From positions 1-64,000 of the forward strand of contig JBBRCZ010000002.1 in NCBI GenBank assembly GCA_038204425.1: a stretch of 64,000 bases of DNA, given 5' to 3'. Made by a program: the position numbers and the translations under genes. Shown here piece after piece: positions 37,020-47,571 of this stretch. The notes beneath the pieces are model-generated. The model ran no database searches. It was not told where the DNA came from and saw only the letters and a list, made by a program, of their open reading frames with translations. Source of the DNA: Spirochaetia bacterium (GTDB taxonomy: Bacteria > Spirochaetota > Spirochaetia > DSM-27196 > Salinispiraceae). Position 1 is the stretch's first letter, and every line of letters begins with the position of its first letter.

Positions 37020-39635
37020 ATGACCAAAAAACTTTTTAGATTCACAAGTCTCGCTATCTTATTTTTTGCTAGCCTTGTTTTTGCATTAATCTCATCATGC
37101 TCCGTAGTTGACAGTCCTTTTGATACCAGCTCTGGCAACGCTCAATCTCGTGCTGCTGGTGCCAATCTTTTGGCTAACCCAGGCTTTGAGACATCTGCCG
37201 CCTCCGGCTGGACAGAAACACTCTCGGCTTCTATATATTCTTTTGAGGCAACAGCGGCCGGTGAGTACAAGAGTGGCGCCCAAGCGCGTGGCTATTGGCT
37301 TAACTCGGGCTCTACTGGTACCGTGGAACTAAAGCAAACGGTAAATGTAAGTGCAGGAACTTATAGTGCCAAAGTCTGGACTCGCCTAGACGGTAGTAGT
37401 GCCACCGCCAAAACGCTCAAAATTATCCAAGGTGGCGTTACCAAGGCAACTGCGACCTTGCCAGTCGGCGGAAGCTATGCCCAATCAGTTTTGACCGGCT
37501 TGAGCCTGAGCGCCGGATCGGCAACCTTTCAGATAAATTATACGGTACCAAACGGCAATGTTTACCTTACCGTTGACGACGCTGAGTTTTTTAACGAGAA
37601 CTCAGGCGGCACAACAACAACAACGGTGTCGGGTACCACAACTACTGTCGCCAGTGGCAATACCGTTTATGTTACAAGCGGGGGCAATGACACGACAGGC
37701 AACGGCAGCTCGGGCAACCCGTACCGAACAGTCTTTAAGGCTGCAAGTGTTGCGACCAGCGGCAAGACCATCAACGTTGGATCCGGTACCTTTAACGAAA
37801 CCCAAGTAATCAGCATTCCACTAGGAGTAAGTGTCCAAGGCGCTGGTGCCAACAATACTACCATTAGCCACACGTCTCTCACTGCAAGTGGAGCCGAAGA
37901 TGAGTCAGGATTCTTTATTCGTTTGAGTTCCGGCAGCATGAGCAACGGCAACCAAACACTGACAGCATTTAAAGTTGACGGTCGATCGCGTGCCTTTAAC
38001 GGAATCTTTGTGCAAAATCGCAACAATGTTACCATCAACAATGTCTCAATTAGCAATACTTATGCGGCTGGTGCACGTGTTTTTGCCACCAACTCGAGCG
38101 CCATCAACATGACTGGCATTGTCTTGTCTAATATGACCTTAACCAACACTTCACGAGACTTTGACTTTAATGGCAATGGGTCGTTTGATGCTGGCGATTG
38201 GTCGTCTGGTGCTATCAACATTGGTGGACTAGATGGAGCGCTAGTTTACGGCATAACTATCAACGAAAGTTACGGCTATGGCATTAAGTTTACCAATAAT
38301 GGCTATTTGAAGAACACCAAGATTTATAACTCCACCATTACGGTAAACGAATCTGACGCCTTGTGGGGAGAAGATATCGCCATAGAACTCTGGAACATGG
38401 GTCCTGGCAATGAGATCTACAACGTTAGCGCCAACACTTGGTTCTCTCTGGTAAACCACCCTGGAGTCTATGCTAGCCCAAGTACCGCTGGAGAAAACAT
38501 CAAAGTTTACAACAACCGTATAGTGGACCTTAACGCAAGTTCTGGAAAAGAAGCTATAGAGTTGGCTGTGCCTGGTGTCGCTGTTTACGACAACTTGTTT
38601 CAGAACAAAGGTTTTGGCATGGCAATTTGGGACGCAGGTGGCTATAGAGTCTTGGTTCGCAACAATATTTTCTACAATTCACCCGTTCAAGTCGGAAGCT
38701 GGGGAGCTGATGGAGCGCTATTTATCGCCAATAGTACCGGCAGAACCTACAGTGACATCAACATCTACAACAACGTTTTTGACCGCTACACCAATGCACT
38801 TACTCTGATAAACAGCGGCAGTGGCAGTATAAATGGTGTCAACATCAAGAACAATGTGTTTATGAATGTGACTGGCAAGCATCTAATTGGCGCCGGAACT
38901 AATGTGGTCTTCCAGTACAATCAAACCACCAATACACTCAATCAGACCGGGGCAACAAGCGTATCTAACAACTATGTCTCAAGCACGACTGGCTTTAATG
39001 CCTCGGGCGACCGATTGACCAACTGGTATAAGCCATCCTCTGGCAGCGCATATGTGGTAAACAAGGGAACTGACCTTGGTTATGGCGACGACTTGGGTGC
39101 TTATCAATGGACAGGCGGCGGTACCACCTCTACCACCGTCGGCAGCACCACCACAAGTTCTACCGTTGCAAGTACCACCACAAGTTCTACCTCAACAACT
39201 GTTGGCAGCACCACTACTTCGACCACCATTGCTGGATCATTGGCAGCGGGCACTTATCGAATCGTCAACAAGTTCTCCAACAAGTCGCTTAGAACCAACT
39301 CTTATACTTCTGGACTGTTTAATGCCACTTGGGACTCGAGCAGTATAATGAAGTGGACAGTCACCAAAGTTGGCTCTTACTACAAGCTGCAGAATGTTTC
39401 TAACGGCTACTTTGTTTCTGCAATGGAATACGGTGGACCAACTCACGCAAGCGGCGGAAGCAGCGATGCACAGCAGTTTAACATAGTCTCAGTCGGTGGC
39501 GGTTACTATAAGATATCGCTCAAATCCTACTCTGCTCGTTTTTGGCGAATGGATGACCTATATGACGGCAACAATGTTGGCCTAGCCAACTGGAGCGATG
39601 AGGATCGCTTTAAGTTCCAATTTATCGCGCAATAG
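37020..39635 (+). CDS. Lipoprotein: CBM-like domain, right-handed beta-helix (pectate-lyase-like fold) and ricin-like C-terminal domain
   Basis: Lipobox LISSC; NLLANPGFE; YVTSGGNDTTGNGSSGNPYRT; Asn-rich repeats (IYNN, VRNNIF); Thr linkers; aggagg RBS. Confidence 0.8.
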   Translation: MTKKLFRFTSLAILFFASLVFALISSCSVVDSPFDTSSGNAQSRAAGANLLANPGFETSAASGWTETLSASIYSFEATAAGEYKSGAQARGYWLNSGSTGTVELKQTVNVSAGTYSAKVWTRLDGSSATAKTLKIIQGGVTKATATLPVGGSYAQSVLTGLSLSAGSATFQINYTVPNGNVYLTVDDAEFFNENSGGTTTTTVSGTTTTVASGNTVYVTSGGNDTTGNGSSGNPYRTVFKAASVATSGKTINVGSGTFNETQVISIPLGVSVQGAGANNTTISHTSLTASGAEDESGFFIRLSSGSMSNGNQTLTAFKVDGRSRAFNGIFVQNRNNVTINNVSISNTYAAGARVFATNSSAINMTGIVLSNMTLTNTSRDFDFNGNGSFDAGDWSSGAINIGGLDGALVYGITINESYGYGIKFTNNGYLKNTKIYNSTITVNESDALWGEDIAIELWNMGPGNEIYNVSANTWFSLVNHPGVYASPSTAGENIKVYNNRIVDLNASSGKEAIELAVPGVAVYDNLFQNKGFGMAIWDAGGYRVLVRNNIFYNSPVQVGSWGADGALFIANSTGRTYSDINIYNNVFDRYTNALTLINSGSGSINGVNIKNNVFMNVTGKHLIGAGTNVVFQYNQTTNTLNQTGATSVSNNYVSSTTGFNASGDRLTNWYKPSSGSAYVVNKGTDLGYGDDLGAYQWTGGGTTSTTVGSTTTSSTVASTTTSSTSTTVGSTTTSTTIAGSLAAGTYRIVNKFSNKSLRTNSYTSGLFNATWDSSSIMKWTVTKVGSYYKLQNVSNGYFVSAMEYGGPTHASGGSSDAQQFNIVSVGGGYYKISLKSYSARFWRMDDLYDGNNVGLANWSDEDRFKFQFIAQ

Positions 39636-39676
39636 TATTAACAGACAGCCCTGCAAAAAGGCCGTTAGAAAGCGCT

Positions 39677-39712
39677 AAAGCCACCCTAGGAACAACCTAG
39701 GGTGGCTTTTTT
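39677..39712. terminator. Rho-independent terminator
   Basis: aaagccaccctagg/cctagggtggcttt perfect stem plus T-run. Confidence 0.88.
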
Positions 39713-39758
39713 GTGCGCGAAAAAAAAATCACCCCCCGCGCGCCATGAGAAATCCAAT

Positions 39759-41873
39759 CTAAACCTTAAATCTTCCAATTAGTTCTTCCATTTCTGAGAT
39801 GGAGTGGGCAGTTTTGTCGGCCATCTGGCGGACTTCCAGCGAGCCAGAATTGATGAGCTCAGTACGGCTCACCAGGGATTCCATGGTTCGATTGATGTCC
39901 TGAGTTGAGGTCTTTAAGCGTAAAATTTCTGTCAGGATAGTCTGATTGCCACTTTGCATTTCGCCGGAGCCTAAGCGTACTTGAGAAGTGATATCGTTCA
40001 TTGATTTTAGGGCTATCAAGATTTGCGAAGAACCTTGTTCTTGTTCGGTCATCGCTTGCCTGACCAAACGCACGAGTTTGTCAGTCTCTTGTATCTGAGA
40101 AGCTACTTTTTCAAAAGCTGATTCTGAGTCTTTGGAAGAAACTACCACTTCACTTATGGCTAGCTGCACACCTGACAACTCGTCGCTGATGGTGCGAGAT
40201 TGCTGCGCTGCTGTTTCTGCTAAACGTCGAATTTCCACAGCTACCACAGCAAATCCCCTGCCCGAATCACCGGCATGGGCTGCTTCTATCGCTGCGTTCA
40301 TGGCAAGGATATTGGTTTGACTTGCAATAGCGGCTATCACTCTGTTGGCTTCCAAAAGTCCAGTTGACCGCTCGGCTATCTGATTGATTTTTTCCATGGC
40401 CAAAGATTGGGTGTCTTTTCCTTCCGCAGCCGAAACAGATAAATTGTTGAACTGTTTGGCCATTTGATCCGTGGAGTTGCCAATTGAGGCAATATTACCC
40501 ACCATTTGTTCAATCGACGCTGAGGCTTCCACGATACTGGCAGATTGGTCGGTGATGAGTTGGTCTAAACTTTCAATGTTTTTGGCTATCTCTTCGACTG
40601 CCGACGATGACTCATTGACGCTTTCTGTTTGGCGGCTGGATTCTTCTTTAACTTTGTTGATACTAACCGTCATATCTTGAATGGTGGAATGAGTGGCCTG
40701 CACGGTGACGTCCAAACCGCTGCCAATGCCACCCAATTGATGTTGAATGTTTTTTAGTCGGCCTACCATTAGTCGAAGCTTAGCTATAAAGGCGTTAAAG
40801 TCCCTCACTAACCCACCAACTTCGTCTTTAGTCTGAATCGCAAGCTCGACTGTCAGGTCAGCATCTCCTTCGGCTAATTGTCGAAATCCAATAGCTGCTT
40901 TTCCAAGCGGTCTTACTATTGATTTTCCTATCGCAATTGATACCGCCATAGTCAAAATTACGCCAAATACCAAAAGCAATAGTAGCAGAAAAACAAGCTC
41001 GCGCGTTGTTTTGTCAACTTCAGACGTTGTCAGATCTATGGCGAGCACCCAACCTGGTGACTGTGGAATCCGGGAATAGTAGGTTGTAATCTCTTGTTTG
41101 TTGCGATCCAAATATGTGCCCGTGCCAGTTTCTTGACGTATCATCTGAGCACCCAAACTATCTAAACCAATGTATCCAAGTTTATCAGCATCAGTTACTA
41201 GCAAGTTCATATTGTGTTGTTTGTTCTGGTGGGCAATTACCAAGCCTTTTTGAGTCACTATCCAACCATAGCCAGTTTCTCCAACGCGGATTCGATCGGT
41301 AATTTCCGAAAGATCAGAAAGTGCCAACTGTGCGCCTATCATTCCAACAGTAGAGCCGGAAAAATCCTTAACTGCCACAGCAATAACCACTATTGGGACT
41401 CCCCGGCTCTTGGAGGTCACTGGCGTGCCAATGTGGCTTTCTGCCTTTTCCTTGACTACCTTTATAAAATAGTCACGGTCAGCAATGTTACCTTTTTTGT
41501 TGTCGGTAGACAGGTAGTTTCCATTTTGGTCGGCAACAAAACAACCTAGCACTTCCGTAGACAATCGACCATAAAGGGATACAATAGCTTGGTGGGCACC
41601 ATCTGGATTGAGGTCAAGATTTCTTACCTCTGGGCGCTCAGCAATCATGCGGGTTTGCCACAGTATCTTATCCAATAGTGTTCCGACCTGTTCAGCTCTT
41701 GCTTGGGTAATCTGAAGATTCTCAGAGCTTGTAAACACTCCAATGTCGGAGCGAATCCGGATCTGCAAGATGATGATTATCGTAATAAGGATTGTAGAAA
41801 CCACAAGGCTAAAGATACCTGCTATGCGAAATGCTAAAGACATAAAAAACTTCATTGCTACGCTCCAAGTCAA
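39759..41873 (-). CDS. Methyl-accepting chemotaxis protein (dCache-HAMP-MA)
   Basis: IADRDYF, GYGWIV, DEVGGL, QTNILAMNAAIEAAHAGDSGRGFAVVAVEIRRLA. Confidence 0.95.
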   Translation of the reverse strand: MTWSVAMKFFMSLAFRIAGIFSLVVSTILITIIIILQIRIRSDIGVFTSSENLQITQARAEQVGTLLDKILWQTRMIAERPEVRNLDLNPDGAHQAIVSLYGRLSTEVLGCFVADQNGNYLSTDNKKGNIADRDYFIKVVKEKAESHIGTPVTSKSRGVPIVVIAVAVKDFSGSTVGMIGAQLALSDLSEITDRIRVGETGYGWIVTQKGLVIAHQNKQHNMNLLVTDADKLGYIGLDSLGAQMIRQETGTGTYLDRNKQEITTYYSRIPQSPGWVLAIDLTTSEVDKTTRELVFLLLLLLVFGVILTMAVSIAIGKSIVRPLGKAAIGFRQLAEGDADLTVELAIQTKDEVGGLVRDFNAFIAKLRLMVGRLKNIQHQLGGIGSGLDVTVQATHSTIQDMTVSINKVKEESSRQTESVNESSSAVEEIAKNIESLDQLITDQSASIVEASASIEQMVGNIASIGNSTDQMAKQFNNLSVSAAEGKDTQSLAMEKINQIAERSTGLLEANRVIAAIASQTNILAMNAAIEAAHAGDSGRGFAVVAVEIRRLAETAAQQSRTISDELSGVQLAISEVVVSSKDSESAFEKVASQIQETDKLVRLVRQAMTEQEQGSSQILIALKSMNDITSQVRLGSGEMQSGNQTILTEILRLKTSTQDINRTMESLVSRTELINSGSLEVRQMADKTAHSISEMEELIGRFKV

Positions 41874-41944
41874 AGTAACGCTAGACTCAACTATAATCTG
41901 TGCTGACCTGATTTGTATAACAATCCGCTTATCACTTCAACGGC

Positions 41945-44122
41945 CTAGACTAGTTGACCTATCTTTTTGAGTAACACTGAGCCGTCCACCGGACGACCTG
42001 TCAAATATCCTTGCACACAATCACAGCCCATTTTTTGCAGCATGGTAAGTTGGCTGGAGTTTTCGACACCTTCGGCAATTACCTCGAGGCCAATATGGTG
42101 CGCCAGTTCCACCAAACTTTGAGCAATGTTAAAGGCTTTGGGGTCGACTTCCAAATCATCGATAAAGGCTTTGTCGAGTTTTAAAACGTTGATTGGCAAA
42201 TCTTTGATGGTAGTTAACGATGAAAATCCAGTGCCAAAGTCGTCAAGACTAATCTTGATCCCCATCGCCATGATACGGTTTAAAGACGGTCGGAGCTGGT
42301 CAATACCGTGAATTATGACACTCTCGGTAAACTCAAGGCCTAGGCGTTCTGGTGAAAGTCCTGCCTCATTGACCATCGCAATAACTCGTTCGAGAAAGTC
42401 TTGATCCAGTAGTTGAACGGGAGAAACGTTGATAGAAACCGTGGCGTCTATACCACGCTTCTGCAATTCCAGAGCAAAATTGATGCCTTGTGACAATACC
42501 CACTTGCCCAAAGAAACAATAAATCCGCTTTCTTCCGTCAAAGGAATAAACTCTGCAGGACCAACCCATCCCAAATCCGCGCTTTTCCAGCGCAAGAGAG
42601 CCTCATATCCGCGGATACTTCCATCTAGGGCTGAGACTTGAGCTTGGTAGTAGATTTGAAATTCGTTCTGCTTCCATCCTTGAAGAATCTTGCTTTGCAC
42701 TAAGGTCCGGCGAGCTTGTGAGGCAACAATTGAATCAGTGAGTTCTGCCCATTGATTGGGGCCCTTGTCGCGCGCCAGCAATAGAGCCGCTTGGCTTCGT
42801 TTTAAAACTTCATCCGGCGTTGTTCCGGCTTCACTGAGCCTGCAAGCGCCAATTTGCACAGCAATATGGACCTGTAAGTCGTCCTCACCTAGGGGGGGCT
42901 CAAATAGCAAAATTAGTTGTTTGTTAAAACTTTGCGCATAATTTCGTTCGGGCACCAATAAAAGAAACTCGGTACCTGTGATGCGACCAAGAAAAAGCTT
43001 ATCAATGGGCCCGGTTAGTTCAGAGAGTCTCTTGGCTGTTTGCCGGAGCACTTTGTCGGCAAAGTGTATTCCATAAGTCGCACTCAAGAGTGAAAAGCTA
43101 CGAATCTCAACAAGTACTATCCATAAAGGTAACTTGTCTTTGATGGCCAATGATATTTTGTCGATTGCTTTGTTTCTATTGGGGAGACTAGTAACGGGGT
43201 CTAGAAAAGCGAGTTCTTTTATCCGTTTATGAGCCAACTGAAGTGCCCTCAAATTTTTGACTTGATCAAGGAAGTATTGTTGACGGTGTTTAAGTGCGCG
43301 CAAAAAAGCCCAAGTTACCAGGCCAGAAATAGTTAAGGACAGTATCCAAAGAGAAAGCATGGCGCCGTCCAACGGCTTCATAAAATTACCTTGCTTCACC
43401 TGCACAGTCAACGTAGCGGGTATAGTCTTGAGGCCCCTAGACGCGAATAGTTTCTGCTGGCCGGGGTTGTCTTGGGGCTTCTCAAACGCCATAATGGTTG
43501 CCCCATCGTTCGCCATTATTTGAAAGATGGCCCCCGAGAGACCAACGACTGGCTCTAAAATCCTTTCGAACGAACTGAGATCTATTGCCGCGCTAAGGAC
43601 GCTAGTTTGGCTCTTGTCTGGATGCATAGATTGAGCAATAACCATCACGTTGGCACCGTCGATCCGGCTTACAAGTGGACCTTCAGTACCTTTTCCTGTT
43701 TCGATAGCTTCCTTAAAGTATTTTCTATCGCCTGCATAAAAAGTACCGCCGTCACTAGAAACACCTCGCCCTTGTGCATCAATTAGCGAGAATCGCCGGG
43801 GGATTACACTGTCAAGCGAACCTTCCACCAGCCATTGCGGCAGGTCAGCAAACGTTCCTCGCCTTACCGATGGCACTCTTGAATAGAGATCCATTAGGCG
43901 ATACTGACTGTGTAGGTATCCGTCTAGAAGCATTTGACCTTGGTCGGCGATGTTAGACACAAGTTCTGTATAGGTCTTTTGGACAGAATCAAAGACAACT
44001 CTATTAATGTAAATACCACCAGCCAACATGACCGCCAAAATCAAACCAACCGCCAAGAGAAAGCCAGGACCGCTACCGAGCCTTGGACTTGAAAGAAACT
44101 GTCTGTGGTGCTTTTGGTTCAT
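41945..44122 (-). CDS. Cache-sensor c-di-GMP phosphodiesterase (degenerate GGDEF plus EAL)
   Basis: GDRKYF Cache; DPVTSLPNR with the GGDEF site replaced by TGTEF; YEALLRW, DDFGTG, LKLD, AEGVE, QGY intact. Confidence 0.9.
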   Translation of the reverse strand: MNQKHHRQFLSSPRLGSGPGFLLAVGLILAVMLAGGIYINRVVFDSVQKTYTELVSNIADQGQMLLDGYLHSQYRLMDLYSRVPSVRRGTFADLPQWLVEGSLDSVIPRRFSLIDAQGRGVSSDGGTFYAGDRKYFKEAIETGKGTEGPLVSRIDGANVMVIAQSMHPDKSQTSVLSAAIDLSSFERILEPVVGLSGAIFQIMANDGATIMAFEKPQDNPGQQKLFASRGLKTIPATLTVQVKQGNFMKPLDGAMLSLWILSLTISGLVTWAFLRALKHRQQYFLDQVKNLRALQLAHKRIKELAFLDPVTSLPNRNKAIDKISLAIKDKLPLWIVLVEIRSFSLLSATYGIHFADKVLRQTAKRLSELTGPIDKLFLGRITGTEFLLLVPERNYAQSFNKQLILLFEPPLGEDDLQVHIAVQIGACRLSEAGTTPDEVLKRSQAALLLARDKGPNQWAELTDSIVASQARRTLVQSKILQGWKQNEFQIYYQAQVSALDGSIRGYEALLRWKSADLGWVGPAEFIPLTEESGFIVSLGKWVLSQGINFALELQKRGIDATVSINVSPVQLLDQDFLERVIAMVNEAGLSPERLGLEFTESVIIHGIDQLRPSLNRIMAMGIKISLDDFGTGFSSLTTIKDLPINVLKLDKAFIDDLEVDPKAFNIAQSLVELAHHIGLEVIAEGVENSSQLTMLQKMGCDCVQGYLTGRPVDGSVLLKKIGQLV

Positions 44123-44335
44123 GATCTCTTCCCCTATCAGACGAATCCGGTACTGCGACAGCTTTTGCTGCTCTAAACTAAAAGAAGAACATTAATGTTT
44201 TGTGTGACCTTTATGGTGACCATATTTATTCTCGTAGTTTCTGAACAATAATGCCATGCTTTTCTGCCACAAGTGAACTGAGTTGGCTTAGACTTATCTG
44301 TATATCGCACGGCAGTTTCTTGGGGAGGTTGAGCT

Positions 44336-45640
44336 ATGAAAGCATGGGTTGTAGCAGCAGAAATGGGTCTTGGGCACATGCGCGGCATTTGGCCGTTGTC
44401 GTATTTGTCGCCAGAAGGAGTCTTTGTTGCTGGAAGTACCCAAGAGTCGACAGAGCACGAAAAAAAGCTGTGGGACAGGCTTCGCAATGGCTATGAGTGG
44501 ATATCTCGCTTTAAAAAAGTGCCCTTGATTGGCGAGGCGATGTTTAGAATTTTTGACCGCCTGCAAGCCATTGAACCTCGTTATCCCTTTAGAGACCAGT
44601 CGCGCCCCAATATCCAGGTTAAACTCATCAGAAAATTTGTAGACATGGGTCTTTGTGATCGTTTGATGGAGAAGATAAAGACCGAGCCGCGGCCGTATAT
44701 CACCAGCTTTTACGCTACAGCAATTGCCGCCGACGTGGCGGGCTACGGAAAAATTTACTGCGTCATTTGTGACGCCGACATTGGCAGGGGCTGGGTAGCC
44801 AAAGATCCACGCACTAGTCGGATCGAATATTTGGCACCGTGCGGCAATGTGGTCAGACGACTCAGAGCCTATGGTGTGCCTGATGAGCGCATTTTTTTGA
44901 CGGGCTTCCCAATGCCGCGCCAACTCACCGGTGGCCCGGATCTTGCCCAGCTGCGATCAGACATTGGACAACGCTTGCACTACCTCGACCCAAGTGGCCG
45001 CTTTATGCAGCTTAATGGAACCAGCGTGCAACACTTTATGGGAAGTGACTGCTGCGCCTTTAGAGAAGACAGAGTGCTAACCATCGCTTTTTGCGTCGGT
45101 GGTGCCGGTGCGCAGAAAGAAATTGGCGCGGCCATCATGAAGAGTCTGGCCAGTCAGTTAAGAGAAGGTTTAGTCAAACTCAACTTAGTATGCGGTGTTA
45201 GACCAGAAGTTAAGGCATGGTTCCAAGCTCAGATTGACCTAATCCTGCCCGGCTGCCCACACGTGCGTACCGTCGGAGGCAATGGTTACCGCGACTACTT
45301 TGAAACCTTTAATGAGTCATTAAAAACCACTGACATATTGTGGACCAAACCATCCGAACTTTCCTTCTATTGCGGCCTAGGCATAGCAATGATTTTGGCT
45401 CCCGACGTAGGCGCTCAAGAGACCATGAACCGCGCCTGGCTGACCGACATTCAAGGGGCAGTGGCTCAAGAAGATCCAGCTTATACGCACGAGTGGCTAG
45501 CTGACATGCTTAGATCTGGCAGACTGGCAGAGGCAGCTTGGAATGGCTTTCTCAAAGCACGCTGTTGTGGCACATTTAAAATTCAAGAACTATTAGAAAC
45601 CGGCACCATGCAGCGCCAAAGTGATCCACTCTTACGCTAG
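44336..45640 (+). CDS. GT-B-fold glycosyltransferase-like protein (GT28/MGDG-synthase-related)
   Basis: MGLGH, IFLTGFP, VGGAG, DILWTKPSE, GAQE motifs; ggagg RBS. Confidence 0.55.
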   Translation: MKAWVVAAEMGLGHMRGIWPLSYLSPEGVFVAGSTQESTEHEKKLWDRLRNGYEWISRFKKVPLIGEAMFRIFDRLQAIEPRYPFRDQSRPNIQVKLIRKFVDMGLCDRLMEKIKTEPRPYITSFYATAIAADVAGYGKIYCVICDADIGRGWVAKDPRTSRIEYLAPCGNVVRRLRAYGVPDERIFLTGFPMPRQLTGGPDLAQLRSDIGQRLHYLDPSGRFMQLNGTSVQHFMGSDCCAFREDRVLTIAFCVGGAGAQKEIGAAIMKSLASQLREGLVKLNLVCGVRPEVKAWFQAQIDLILPGCPHVRTVGGNGYRDYFETFNESLKTTDILWTKPSELSFYCGLGIAMILAPDVGAQETMNRAWLTDIQGAVAQEDPAYTHEWLADMLRSGRLAEAAWNGFLKARCCGTFKIQELLETGTMQRQSDPLLR

Positions 45641-45679
45641 GGTAATGCTGGACTGAGAAGGAAAAGGCTCATCTCAATT

Positions 45680-46373
45680 GGACGTACCAAGGTCGCTTTG
45701 GTATTACGAGTTTCGCAGAGGCAAGTCTCAAGGTCGGCAAACTCTATCAGTTCTACAATTACGGATACACGGGTGGCTCTGGACTATTTGTAATTTCAGC
45801 GCTTGATGGAACCTTGTTAGAAGACATAAAGACCCCCCGTTCTCTGGCCGCAATAACCGAAATCAATGAATCACCAGAAAACTTCTACGGCATCGATTGG
45901 GATTTTGTCTACCCAAATCGCGGGGTTCATAGCGGCCGCATAATGCTGCATCGTATTAATCTGGCAAGCAAACAGTCCTATTATTATCTCCTGGCCCAGT
46001 TACGGCTACACTGACAATATCGGTGGTGAGGTTTCTGGTGGTTTGTTTATTATCCGAGACATGGATAGTTATCCACTGCAAAATGGCGTGAAACCAACGG
46101 TGGAGTTCTTTTGGAAGAGCAACTATCTCTCCTACAGCAATATGGTCCGCAACCAAGGACAGGACAGCAGACAATGACAACGACTACACTAATCTAGGCA
46201 AATTTCACAGAATTAGTGCCATTGACACCCATGGTGATAACGAGGGAGCTTTATTTGACGGCGATGTAATCTACGGTGCCCCCACTGGCATGGAGGGCAA
46301 GTCCATCAGAGATGGCAACAATATGATAGTTGTATCGCTCGATGCTATTTTTTCGGTGGACTTGAATAAATGA
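45680..46373 (+). pseudogene. Frameshifted relic of an unknown gene
   Basis: Successive stop-free protein-like segments in different frames (ENFYGIDWDFVYPN; WPSYGYTDNIGGEVSGGLFII; HGDNEGALFDGDVIYGAP...DLNK*) with no proper start. Confidence 0.45.
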
Positions 46374-46559
46374 AACTATGCTTGCGCAAGGTGCCGAGTT
46401 CTATGCACAACTACTGAGCCTTTTGGAAAGGCTTGCACCGCTCACTGGCAAGTTGCCAGCGCTTTTTTGCGACAGAGCCACCTAGGCAGTGGACAGATTC
46501 TTGGTCAGACGCTACCATATTCTCCAGCGCTTGCGCTGCGTTTAGAAAGGTAGGAATTT

Positions 46560-47549
46560 ATGCATAGAGCAAAGGTTTTGTTGGTTAGTGTAATTTTGCT
46601 TGCAATGGTCGCCCTTGTGGCTTCGTGCGGTCAAGCTGGTGGCATTGGTATTGCCAAATTTGTGTCCCACCCAGCCCTTGATGCGGTAGAAAAAGGTATC
46701 ATCGACGAGCTAATGGAAAGCGGTGTTACGCTCAAGTTTGACTTGCAGGATGCCAATGCCGACTCCAACGCTGCGGCAACGATAGCAAGTAAGTTTAAAA
46801 ACGACAATGTTGCCATAGCCATCGGTATTGCGACACCTACGGCCCAGTCTTTGGTTCAAACTCTTAAAACCACTCCCATAGTTTTTTCTGCGGTTACTGA
46901 CCCGGTTGCAGCCGGACTAGTGACTAACCTTATAAAGGGTGGCGAGAACGTCACCGGAATTTCTGACTTAACCCCTGTCAAAGAACAGATTCAACTTCTG
47001 ATAGACCTAGTGCCTTCGGTAAAACGGCTTGGCATGGTCTATACCGGTAGTGAAGCAAACGCCGTTATTTTGATGGAACTTGCCAAAAAAGCAGCGGCCG
47101 ACCTTGGACTTGAGTTTGTCCCGGTTGCAATTTCCACCAGCGCTGAGGTAAAGAGTGCCGGTGAGTCAATCCTTGGCAGAGTTGATGCATTTTATGTCAG
47201 CACCGACAATACCGTGGTTTCGGCGCTACCTGCTCTGGCTGAAGTCGCACGCTTAGCAAAAAAACCAGTAATTAGCGCCGACCCAAGTTCGTCCAAAGAT
47301 ATTGAAGTGCTGGCATCATGGGGATTTAACTATTACAAAATGGGGCGAGCGACTGGCCGGCTGGTGCTGCAAATATTGCAAGGTGCTAAGCCCGGAGACA
47401 TTCCAACCAGCTATATGACCAATGTAAACGACGTTGAGCTCTTGATAAATCTCGACTCGGCAGACAATCTTGGCATTACCGTGCCGCCGGCCTTGCTTGA
47501 CGCGGCAACTTTCGTCATAAAGAATGGCAAAGCAATAGAAAAAAAATAG
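46560..47549 (+). CDS. ABC transporter substrate-binding lipoprotein (TrpX-like family)
   Basis: Lipobox LVASC; SHPALD, IATPTAQ, VFSAVTDP, NVTGISD, DNTV. Confidence 0.9.
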   Translation: MHRAKVLLVSVILLAMVALVASCGQAGGIGIAKFVSHPALDAVEKGIIDELMESGVTLKFDLQDANADSNAAATIASKFKNDNVAIAIGIATPTAQSLVQTLKTTPIVFSAVTDPVAAGLVTNLIKGGENVTGISDLTPVKEQIQLLIDLVPSVKRLGMVYTGSEANAVILMELAKKAAADLGLEFVPVAISTSAEVKSAGESILGRVDAFYVSTDNTVVSALPALAEVARLAKKPVISADPSSSKDIEVLASWGFNYYKMGRATGRLVLQILQGAKPGDIPTSYMTNVNDVELLINLDSADNLGITVPPALLDAATFVIKNGKAIEKK

Positions 47550-47571
47550 ATAAAATTGGCGGCGCTTTAGC

